Part shown: positions 19,208 to 27,667 of the stretch, piece after piece
Position numbering within the stretch: position 1 is the stretch's first letter
How the letters are laid out: every line of letters starts with the position of its first letter
From: an uncultured Bacilli bacterium
GTDB lineage: Bacteria > Bacillota_I > Bacilli_A > RFN20 > CAG-631
DNA: 63,215 nt
Assembly (NCBI GenBank): GCA_934202505.1
Contig: CAKPXW010000001.1
Span: 1 to 63,215 of the forward strand
Direction: 5' to 3'
Translations under genes and position numbers: made by a program
Notes under the pieces: model-generated
Seen by the model: the letters and a program-made list of their open reading frames with translations, nothing else
Told to the model about the DNA's origin: nothing
Databases searched by the model: none

Positions 19208-20329
19208 ATGAAAAACAAAATTATTAAAATTATTTTCTTAAGTATTTTATATTCTATTATATTTTCATTATTTAATATTAATATTATGTTTAAAAGCCAA
19301 AACCCAAGCAAAGATTTTTATAATCAAGTTTATTCAAAAGATTACAATGTCGATTTAATAATAAGAGTAAAAGATGACACCAATCAAATTTTTGATATGC
19401 CATATTTATATGATAAAAATGCTTCAACAGACACTTATCAATATTTAAAAGAGCACATTGATAATATGACGCCTTATTATTATTCATTTACTAAAGGAAG
19501 ACCCAATAGAATTCTTTTAGAATCAAATGATAGTTATAATTTCCTTGCTGGTGGATTACCTGACTATTCAAATGTTCATCAAGATTACTACAAAGTACCT
19601 ACAATTATATTATATAAAAATCAAGTTGAGCAATATATCAATGATGGTTATCAATATGCTGATTTATTAAATCAAGAACTTGCAGCAAGAACAATATATT
19701 TTAATAAAGTAAATATTGGTTTTTATGATTCAAATGATGGAACATATAAAATAAGTGGTATTTTAGATGACACCAATACTAACCAATATATTTATGAAGT
19801 TATAAGTCCATTATATCTTATGGGAGATGTAACTTTAATGAATTCCTTTAAATATAGACTAACAGGGAATTATGATCAAGACAAAAAAGTTATTAATTTA
19901 ATTTTTGAAGAATCACCTTTAAAAAATGTCGAATTTGAACTAATAGAGACTATAAATTATAAAGATACTTATCCTAATTCGACTATAGGATTAGATAAAA
20001 AAATAATTGAAAATTCAAATAAATATTTAAATAATAATGTTTTATATGTCATTGCTATATGTCTATTATTTTTACTAATTTATTTTAGTACAATTTTATA
20101 TTTAAGAAACAAGCAAAAAAATAATTTAGTGCCTCTAAAACTCACAAATATTTTAATAGAAGAAACTATATATGTTATTTCAACTATTGCTATTAGTCTA
20201 GTTTCTTGTTTAGTTGTAAAAGCAAATTGTATTAATTTTACAGGGCAAATAAATTACTATGCAATTATTATACCACCTCTTGTTATTTTCCTACTTGGTG
20301 GTATGGTTAAATATTATATCCACCCATAA
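19208..20329 (+). CDS. Hypothetical membrane protein with FtsX/MacB-like topology (TM1, ~250-aa ectodomain, three C-terminal TMs)
   Basis: Hydrophobic segments at residues ~8-27 and three after residue ~275. No ABC ATPase is adjacent. Family assignment rests on topology only. Confidence 0.45.
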   Translation: MKNKIIKIIFLSILYSIIFSLFNINIMFKSQNPSKDFYNQVYSKDYNVDLIIRVKDDTNQIFDMPYLYDKNASTDTYQYLKEHIDNMTPYYYSFTKGRPNRILLESNDSYNFLAGGLPDYSNVHQDYYKVPTIILYKNQVEQYINDGYQYADLLNQELAARTIYFNKVNIGFYDSNDGTYKISGILDDTNTNQYIYEVISPLYLMGDVTLMNSFKYRLTGNYDQDKKVINLIFEESPLKNVEFELIETINYKDTYPNSTIGLDKKIIENSNKYLNNNVLYVIAICLLFLLIYFSTILYLRNKQKNNLVPLKLTNILIEETIYVISTIAISLVSCLVVKANCINFTGQINYYAIIIPPLVIFLLGGMVKYYIHP

Positions 20330-20354
20330 AAATAAAATGACCTAGTTATAGTGA

Positions 20355-21548
20355 CTAGATCATTTTTCTTATTAAAGAATTTGGTTCAAGAACTTTGTTA
20401 ATTTTTATTTTCACTATTTGTTGTGGATGTCTTGCAATGTCTATGTGATTATCTTGTTCATCTATTATATCATAGATTTTTGATTTTATTGTTTGACCCG
20501 AAGAAGACAAGCATTCAATTTTATCACCAATTTTAAAATTGTTTCTTTGTTCAACAAGTAAATAACCATCTTTTAATTTCTTTAAGACAATAGCAATAAA
20601 TGTTTGTGTAGGATTTTCATCACCTGTATTAGTAAGAATTGCTTGATTTTTTAAATGTGGATTTAAAAATCCAGTGTATGTTACTCTATTTTCTGCTTTA
20701 GATATTTCTTTTTTATAATAATTTATTCTATTTCTAGATATTTCTTTTTTATTATAGTATTCATCGATTAATCTTCTATAAGTTGAAACGATACTTGCAA
20801 TATAATGAATAGATTTCATTCTTCCTTCAATTTTAAAGCTATCAACACCAATATCTAATAATTTTGTAATATAATCAATACTCATTAAGTCACAACTTGC
20901 CATTATAAATTTATCATTTGATATCAATTCGTCATTATTATATAAATTATAAATCCATCTACATGAATGAGCGCACCCACCTTTATTAGCATCTCTATTT
21001 ACCATTACATTTGATAATGAACATCTTCCACTGAATGAAGAACACATACCTCCATGAATAAATACTTCAATAGGTAATGGTGACATTTTTTTTATATTAG
21101 CAATTTGATTTATATTTAATTCTCTGGCTAATACCACTCTATCTGCTTTAGCTTGCTTAAAAAAGTTTATTGCTTCATAGTTAGCTATAGATTGTTGGGT
21201 AGAAACATGAATTTCAAATCTGCATCCAAGTTTTTTTGCTCTTAAAATAACATACATTGAAGAAACGATAATAGCATGTACTCCGATTTCACTTAATGCT
21301 AAAAGATATTCATCTAATCCCTCAAAATCTTCTTCTTCAGGGACAATATTAACTGTAACATGCACTCTTGCATGATGTTTGTTTGCAAATATTACCGCTT
21401 CTTTTAAATCATCTAAAGAAAAATTGTTAGCTTTGGCTCTAAGTGAAAATTGTTTCCCGCCCACAAAAACTGCATCTGCTCCATATAATATTGCAATTTT
21501 TAAACGTGTTAAATCTCCAGCAGGAGCTAATAATTCAACTTTTTTCAT
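20355..21548 (-). CDS. Peptidase-U32 family protein (YrrO/RlhA/TrhP-type RNA hydroxylation factor)
   Basis: U32 signature EVFIHGGMCSSFSGRCSLS plus a downstream C-x3-C (GGCAHSC); 397 aa. Confidence 0.8.
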   Translation of the reverse strand: MKKVELLAPAGDLTRLKIAILYGADAVFVGGKQFSLRAKANNFSLDDLKEAVIFANKHHARVHVTVNIVPEEEDFEGLDEYLLALSEIGVHAIIVSSMYVILRAKKLGCRFEIHVSTQQSIANYEAINFFKQAKADRVVLARELNINQIANIKKMSPLPIEVFIHGGMCSSFSGRCSLSNVMVNRDANKGGCAHSCRWIYNLYNNDELISNDKFIMASCDLMSIDYITKLLDIGVDSFKIEGRMKSIHYIASIVSTYRRLIDEYYNKKEISRNRINYYKKEISKAENRVTYTGFLNPHLKNQAILTNTGDENPTQTFIAIVLKKLKDGYLLVEQRNNFKIGDKIECLSSSGQTIKSKIYDIIDEQDNHIDIARHPQQIVKIKINKVLEPNSLIRKMI

Positions 21549-21549
21549 T

Positions 21550-22380
21550 TTATATTAACCCCACTTTCTTATCTAAAAATAACGAAGTATATGGAATATT
21601 AAGCGATTCTTTTCTATTTAATGCCTTAATATGTTTTTCAATAATATCATTAATTTCATCTACACTAAAAAATAAAGCATCAAAAATAAAAACATTAATG
21701 TGTCGGCTTAATTCTTTCATGTAATCAATATAAGATAAAACCTTATTATTAAATACTATAGTTTGATTATTTTGCTCAATAATTGGGTATTTTTCATTCC
21801 TTGTTAATTCTTTTATTTTTAAAGAAAAGTTATTACAATCAAAATTTAAATTATTAATATTTTTAAAATTTGAAACAATTTTTCTTTTTGAATAATAAAT
21901 TGGAATATACCCAAAGCATACTATTTCCATATTTTCTTTATCATTTAATTTTAAAACACTTTCTATATTCATATCTTTTGAGCATACAAAATGTTTGATT
22001 CCCATTTCTTTATAAGCTTCAATATCATAAGTGTTTCTAATAAAAGTTTCATGAAAAAACACCATTTTATCTTCTATATTTAACTTTTTAGCCAACATAA
22101 ATACAGAAAAATCTGCAAAATATATTTTATCTACATCTATTTTTTTTAAACTATTAAGATAGTTGTTTAATTTTAAAATATCTTCATCAAACATAATCTT
22201 GTTAACAATAATTCCTAATTCTTTATTATTTTTTTTACAATATTCTTTGACTTTTCTTATTTCAGAAAGAGTAAATTCATGATAAAAACGTATTGAAAAA
22301 TTCTTACTTGTTAATAAATAAGAATCAGCATTTATGGAATATATATCTTCTAATTTATTTATTTTTACGGCTATTTTCAT
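21550..22380 (-). CDS. U32-like protein (YrrN-type partner) lacking the Cys signature
   Basis: Collinear with the U32 TIM-barrel region (..VDKIYFADFSVF.., EIVCFGYIPIYYSKRKIVS), but the C-x6-C-x(n)-C-x3-C motif is absent. 1-nt gap to the downstream U32 gene. Confidence 0.55.
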   Translation of the reverse strand: MKIAVKINKLEDIYSINADSYLLTSKNFSIRFYHEFTLSEIRKVKEYCKKNNKELGIIVNKIMFDEDILKLNNYLNSLKKIDVDKIYFADFSVFMLAKKLNIEDKMVFFHETFIRNTYDIEAYKEMGIKHFVCSKDMNIESVLKLNDKENMEIVCFGYIPIYYSKRKIVSNFKNINNLNFDCNNFSLKIKELTRNEKYPIIEQNNQTIVFNNKVLSYIDYMKELSRHINVFIFDALFFSVDEINDIIEKHIKALNRKESLNIPYTSLFLDKKVGLI

Positions 22381-22524
22381 TTTTTTATTCCTTCTTATTA
22401 ATTATATATATTTTTCTTAACTTCTTCAATATGGTTTAAAAAACTATTAGAATAATATATAATATATATTAAAATTACCTATTAAAAAATAGGTAATTAA
22501 GTTGTAGAAAGGTAGATTTAACAT

Positions 22525-23430
22525 ATGGAATTTGAAAATGTACTTGCAATAGATATTGGTGGCACTAGTGTAAAAATTGGTGTTGTAAAAGGTGAAGAAA
22601 TACTGGAAAATACTTCTATTAGAAATATCTTTAAAGGTAAATGTGAAACTCTTCTTCCTGGAATTAAAGAAATTTGTAAAAATTATATAGCAAAATATAA
22701 TATTCATAAAATTGGTATTGGCTGTCCTGGTGAAATAAATGATGGTGTTGTTATGTGGGCTAGTAATTTAGGATGGCATAATTTTCCTTTATTAAATGAA
22801 TTCCAAAAAGAATTTAAAAATTGTCAAATTATTCTTGATAATGATGGATATACCGCTTGCCAAGCAGAAATAAAATTTGGCTCTTTATATAATGTTCAAA
22901 ATGGTTTATTTGTAACATTTGGAAGAGGTGTCGGCGGAGCTATTATTGTTGATAATAAAATAATGCATGGTGCGCATAATAAAGGTGGAAATTTTGGGCA
23001 CATGGTCACTCATACAAACGGAAGAAAATGCAACTGTGGAAGAAGAGGTTGCTTTGAAACTTATACATCTGTACTAGGTTTAATTCAAACAGTTAAAGAA
23101 ATAAATATGCGTTGGCAAAATGAAAACGACCAAATAGACACATCTGACTTATCTGGATTTAAAATTGTTTCTTTATCTAAAGAAAAAAATCCAATTATCC
23201 TTGAAGCTGTTTATAAATGGAACCAAGATATTGCTGAAGGATTATTAGATTTATGTTTAATATTTGATCCACAAATAATTGTACTTGCTGGTGGAATTAC
23301 TGATAGTGGTCTTATAAATCTTGATTATATAAAATCAACTCTTGCTAAGCAAGAATATTATTGTGAAGTAAAACTTGCTAAATTTACTGGTAAGACAGGC
23401 CTTGTAGGGGCTGCTGCTTTACATGTTTAA
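22525..23430 (+). CDS. ROK-family glucokinase
   Basis: DIGGTSVK ATP motif and ROK zinc motif HxxxxxxCNCGRRGCFE. Confidence 0.85.
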   Translation: MEFENVLAIDIGGTSVKIGVVKGEEILENTSIRNIFKGKCETLLPGIKEICKNYIAKYNIHKIGIGCPGEINDGVVMWASNLGWHNFPLLNEFQKEFKNCQIILDNDGYTACQAEIKFGSLYNVQNGLFVTFGRGVGGAIIVDNKIMHGAHNKGGNFGHMVTHTNGRKCNCGRRGCFETYTSVLGLIQTVKEINMRWQNENDQIDTSDLSGFKIVSLSKEKNPIILEAVYKWNQDIAEGLLDLCLIFDPQIIVLAGGITDSGLINLDYIKSTLAKQEYYCEVKLAKFTGKTGLVGAAALHV

Positions 23431-23431
23431 A

Positions 23432-24382
23432 TTATCTTGTAGCTAAGAAAATTTCAAAATCAATATAACGGTCTTTTTGACCGTTTTTTATTTCTTCGTC
23501 TAAAGTTGATAATTCAATTAAAATATTTTCGACATCGTTTAATGAATAGTTTTTTAAATAGTCATTGGCTAATTTAATACGATAAGGATGAACATTTAAG
23601 ATAGTAGCAATATCTTGATCAGATTTTCTTTTTTTCTTTAAGATACCAACTTGCATCAAAAGCCTAAATTGGTTTCCTAATAAGGCTATTAAATTTACTG
23701 GCTCAATTTTTAATAACTTTAAATCCGAATATATTTGCATAATTTTACGATGATCTTTTTTTAATAAAGCATTAGATAATTCAAAGACATCATCTTCAAG
23801 TGGTCTTGATACCATTTTTTTAATAATATCTTCATCTATTTTTGCACCATAAATAGATAATTTTGCTATTTCTCTTTCTAATTTGCAAACATCTTCGCAT
23901 CTATTTATAAGAATTGTAAAAGCCTCATTAGTAATATCAATATTTGTTTTTTCTATAAGAGTTTTTGCATAATCACTAAGTTCTTCTTTGCTTTTAAGTA
24001 ATACATTATCTATTTTTCCTATTTTACTAATAATAGAGTAAAATTTGCTCTTTTTATTTAAATATTTTTCTGGGCAAATGATTAAAAACAAACAATCTTT
24101 ATTTTCATTATACAAATATTTTTCTAAATCTTCTAAATTATTTTTAAATGGAAGTTTCATTTTTTCATCTTTAAAAAAATAAGGATTTTTGCATAATACA
24201 ACCTTTTTATCATAGCCAAAAGAAGGTGTTTCTAAAGAAGATATAATTTCTTCTAAAGAATTATTTTCAAAATCATATGTTATAAAATTAAAATCATCTT
24301 TGTATTCTAATACTTCATCTGTATAATTTTTTATCTTTGAAGATAGTAATAATGATGGTTCTCCAATTATTAATCTTATCAT
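23432..24382 (-). CDS. holA: DNA polymerase III delta subunit
   Basis: 316 aa. Position downstream of comEC as in Bacillus, with a delta-like N-terminal and winged C-terminal pattern. Confidence 0.75.
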   Translation of the reverse strand: MIRLIIGEPSLLLSSKIKNYTDEVLEYKDDFNFITYDFENNSLEEIISSLETPSFGYDKKVVLCKNPYFFKDEKMKLPFKNNLEDLEKYLYNENKDCLFLIICPEKYLNKKSKFYSIISKIGKIDNVLLKSKEELSDYAKTLIEKTNIDITNEAFTILINRCEDVCKLEREIAKLSIYGAKIDEDIIKKMVSRPLEDDVFELSNALLKKDHRKIMQIYSDLKLLKIEPVNLIALLGNQFRLLMQVGILKKKRKSDQDIATILNVHPYRIKLANDYLKNYSLNDVENILIELSTLDEEIKNGQKDRYIDFEIFLATR

Positions 24383-24389
24383 TACATTT

Positions 24390-24404
24390 CGAGTAAATTA
24401 CTCG
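24390..24404. promoter_or_regulatory. 15-bp perfect palindrome between the holA Shine-Dalgarno sequence and the start codon
   Basis: cgagtaa-a-ttactcg. GGAGG lies at 24411..24415, i.e. 28 nt from the ATG at 24382. Confidence 0.4.
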
Positions 24405-24492
24405 CCTACACCTCCTTTATCTATATAAAATACGTTAATATTTACTTAGTTTATGTTATTTACTATTCAAGGTATGATTATCACCTTTATTA

Positions 24493-26553
24493 TTATACAT
24501 TTTTTGCAAATTTAAAGAAATATGATTTTCCAGTTTTACTTGTAATTTTTGTTGTACCATTAATATCTGTTCTATAAATAATGCAATTACAACTGTTTAA
24601 TATATCTAACACTTCCTCATTTGGATGACCATATTTATTATTTTTGCCAACAGAAATAATAGCATATTTAGGCTTATATGAATTAATAAAGTTAAAAGAT
24701 GATGATGTTTTTGATCCATGATGGCCAACATGTAGCAAATCTACATTAAAATAGCCATAAGTATCTATAATTTTTTCTTCAATTTTTACTGAAGCATCCC
24801 CCATAAATAACATATCTTTTTTACAAACATTTCCATATAAAACTATAGAATTATCATTATTATTATCATATTTACTATTAGCATTTAAATTTGTAAACTC
24901 CATGTTTCCACAAGTAATTTTTTCAAAATTATTTTCTTTTATTATTTCTTTAACAACAATCATTTTTTCTAAATTTTCTAAAGCTCCACAATGATCATAA
25001 TCTTCATGAGTTATAACTATTTTATCAATCTTTTTTATTCCATTATATTCAAGATAAGGAATAATTTTTTTACTAGCAATATCATAATTTATAATTCCTC
25101 CTGTATCTATTAACATAACTCCTTGATTATGCTTATCTACTAAAATAGTGCAATCTCCTTGATAAACATTTAAAAAAGTTACCTGCTGGTAATTTATAAA
25201 ATATCCTTTATTATAAATTAAAATCATATAGATAATCAAAAAAGAAAATGTCGCACAAAACTTACTTATTTTTTCTTTTTCAATACAAATTAAAATTACA
25301 ATAAAAATAACATAATATAAAACTATCATCCAAGGTTTCATACTTCCAAAAACTAAAGCATGTGATTTTAAATCTATCATTTTTATCAAATCAAAAAACT
25401 TCCGATAAATAAAAGAAAACACATTTCCATTAAACAATGAAATAAACACGCTTATAATCGATAAAATAAATATAACAGTTACTACATAATTTAATATCAT
25501 ATTAGAGAAAAAACTAATAAAATTTATTTTATAGTTTATTACCAATTGAATGGGAATTGTACATAAAAGGCAAATAAAAGACATTAATATAGATTGTATA
25601 ATTTTATTTTGTTTTTTTAAAAAACTTTTAGAAAAAGCAATAGCAAAAGATATTACATAAGTTAATATAAATGAGTAATTATAAACGTTTAAAGGTTCGA
25701 TTATTAAAAATATAATACCTGACAAAGAAAAACTATCAAAATCATTAAAATATTTAGATAATGCTATTGAACATAAAAGAGAAATTAGTGCTCGTGTTGA
25801 ACTAATTGAAAATCTTAAAAGAAAGACATATAAAAAGCATATAAATAGTCCTATATATTTGCTTGATTTAAAAAATTTATTCAACCCTTTATCAATTAAT
25901 GAAAATAAAAAGGAAATATGAAAGCCTGACACAACAAAAAGATGCAATGCATTTATATTAAGCAAACTATTATACACCTCATCATCGACATTTTTATCGT
26001 TAAAAAGCAACATTTTTACCATTATATAAGTTTCATTTTCTAATTTACAAATCAAAAAATCAACAATGTCGCCTTGAATATCAAGGCCTTTTTTTTCTAA
26101 TTTTATATTAAAAGCATTTATTTCATAATAAACTCTTTTTTTCTTTAAATAATCAGAAAAATCAAAAATATCTAAATCTAAATCCTTTTCTATTTCAGTT
26201 ATATTTCCTTCAATTAATAAAATATCATTTTTATTATAAGTGTTTTGCTTAGCTTTAACATAATATAATACTTTATCATTTTTCACGATTAAATAATTTT
26301 CTTTTTTTTCAGTTACAATAAAGCTACTATTTACATGAAAATTTTGAATAATTGGTTTTTTATTTACTCGATAAATACAAGAAAAAGAAAATATTGCAAT
26401 CATCAAAAGTAGATATTTATAATTCAATTTTTTGAAAGCAAAAAAAGCCAATACAATAAATCCAAGCAAAAACAAATAATTTAAGGAATTTATAAATAAA
26501 ATTCCAAAAATAAAGCTTAAAAAATAAAATAATAATGTTCCTTTTACAAACAT
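24493..26553 (-). CDS. comEC: DNA internalisation competence protein ComEC/Rec2
   Basis: Polytopic N-terminal competence domain plus a C-terminal metallo-beta-lactamase domain (HEDYDHCG). Located downstream of comEA. Confidence 0.9.
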   Translation of the reverse strand: MFVKGTLLFYFLSFIFGILFINSLNYLFLLGFIVLAFFAFKKLNYKYLLLMIAIFSFSCIYRVNKKPIIQNFHVNSSFIVTEKKENYLIVKNDKVLYYVKAKQNTYNKNDILLIEGNITEIEKDLDLDIFDFSDYLKKKRVYYEINAFNIKLEKKGLDIQGDIVDFLICKLENETYIMVKMLLFNDKNVDDEVYNSLLNINALHLFVVSGFHISFLFSLIDKGLNKFFKSSKYIGLFICFLYVFLLRFSISSTRALISLLCSIALSKYFNDFDSFSLSGIIFLIIEPLNVYNYSFILTYVISFAIAFSKSFLKKQNKIIQSILMSFICLLCTIPIQLVINYKINFISFFSNMILNYVVTVIFILSIISVFISLFNGNVFSFIYRKFFDLIKMIDLKSHALVFGSMKPWMIVLYYVIFIVILICIEKEKISKFCATFSFLIIYMILIYNKGYFINYQQVTFLNVYQGDCTILVDKHNQGVMLIDTGGIINYDIASKKIIPYLEYNGIKKIDKIVITHEDYDHCGALENLEKMIVVKEIIKENNFEKITCGNMEFTNLNANSKYDNNNDNSIVLYGNVCKKDMLFMGDASVKIEEKIIDTYGYFNVDLLHVGHHGSKTSSSFNFINSYKPKYAIISVGKNNKYGHPNEEVLDILNSCNCIIYRTDINGTTKITSKTGKSYFFKFAKNV

Positions 26554-27062
26554 ATTCTATTTTTTATTGCTGTAAAGATAGATTGTCCTATTCCATTTAC
26601 TTCCATAATTTGTTCAAGATAAGTAAATTCACCTATTTCTTCTCTATATTCAATTATTCTTTCAGCAATAGATTTACCAATTCCTTTTAAAGAATCAAGT
26701 TCTTCGAGTGTAGCATCATTTAAAGATATTTTTTCTTCATCTGTTTCTTTAGCAATATAAAGGCTCATGGATTTTTCTAATACTAAATCTTCATTAAAAC
26801 AATCACTATCTGCTTGTAATGTTAATCCTCCAGCTTTTGCAATTAATTCGTCAAGTGTCGAACCAACATTAACTTCATATGTTCCTGGTTTTTCAACACA
26901 CCCTGATATTTTAATGGTAATTCTTTCTAAAACTAAGCTAGTTTCCTCACTTGTTGATGACTGGTTTAATTGATGGTAAAAAATTGCTTTATCTTTCTCT
27001 ATCGCTGTAAACCCTATAATTACTACAAATACTAAAAAAATCACTCCAATAATAGTCTTCAT
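26544..27062 (-). CDS. comEA: Competence protein ComEA (SLBB + helix-hairpin-helix DNA receptor)
   Basis: N-terminal TM, SLBB-like GCVEKPGTYEV, C-terminal HhH (LKGIGKSIAERI, VNGIGQSI). Start moved to ATG 27062 (AAAGGGG 8 nt upstream). Confidence 0.85.
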   Translation of the reverse strand: MKTIIGVIFLVFVVIIGFTAIEKDKAIFYHQLNQSSTSEETSLVLERITIKISGCVEKPGTYEVNVGSTLDELIAKAGGLTLQADSDCFNEDLVLEKSMSLYIAKETDEEKISLNDATLEELDSLKGIGKSIAERIIEYREEIGEFTYLEQIMEVNGIGQSIFTAIKNRICL

Positions 27063-27120
27063 GGTTTTTACCCCTTTCATATTATTAATAGTGATTTTTT
27101 TTATTTTTTCTAATTTTTTA

Positions 27121-27597
27121 TTAACTAATTTTTTTGATAATTATTTTATAGAATGATCCATCTCCACAAACAACTTCAACTTCATCATTTACTTTCTTGC
27201 CAATTAATGCAGAACCCAATGCACATTCTGTTGAAATCTTACCATTTTCTGGATCTGAACCAATTGAACCTACAATTTGATATGTATATTCACAATCATC
27301 TTGTTCATCATAAAAAGTAACCTTACTTGTTGGATTAACTTTAGTTGTAGATGACTTTTCATTTGCAACTTCAATATTTCCTAAAGTTGCCTCTAAGTCT
27401 CTAATTCTCGCTTCAATTTCTGCTTGTTTATTTCTTGCTGCATCATAATCTGCATTTTCTGACAAGTCGCCTTGTGCTCTTGCAGCAGCTAATTCTTCAA
27501 TTACTTGAGGTCTTTCAACATCAATTAAATGTCTATATTCTGCTTGTAATTGCGCATAATACTCTTTAGTAACAACTTCTTTTTTTATATCTGCCAT
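27121..27597 (-). CDS. greA: Transcription elongation factor GreA
   Basis: Coiled-coil N-terminus with GDLSENADYDAA; 158 aa. Confidence 0.95.
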   Translation of the reverse strand: MADIKKEVVTKEYYAQLQAEYRHLIDVERPQVIEELAAARAQGDLSENADYDAARNKQAEIEARIRDLEATLGNIEVANEKSSTTKVNPTSKVTFYDEQDDCEYTYQIVGSIGSDPENGKISTECALGSALIGKKVNDEVEVVCGDGSFYKIIIKKIS

Positions 27598-27667
27598 TGT
27601 ACTTTTATCCTCCTTGGATTTTTTGCTATTTAATTATACTATTATTTTTTTAAAAAATAAACCCGTT

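Noticed and set aside
22447-22707. 86-aa minus-strand ORF spanning the promoter and start of the ROK glucokinase gene.
   Set aside because: Overlaps the well-supported glucokinase start, has no SD and has a junk-like composition. The region is better explained as the divergent promoter region of the U32 and ROK genes.
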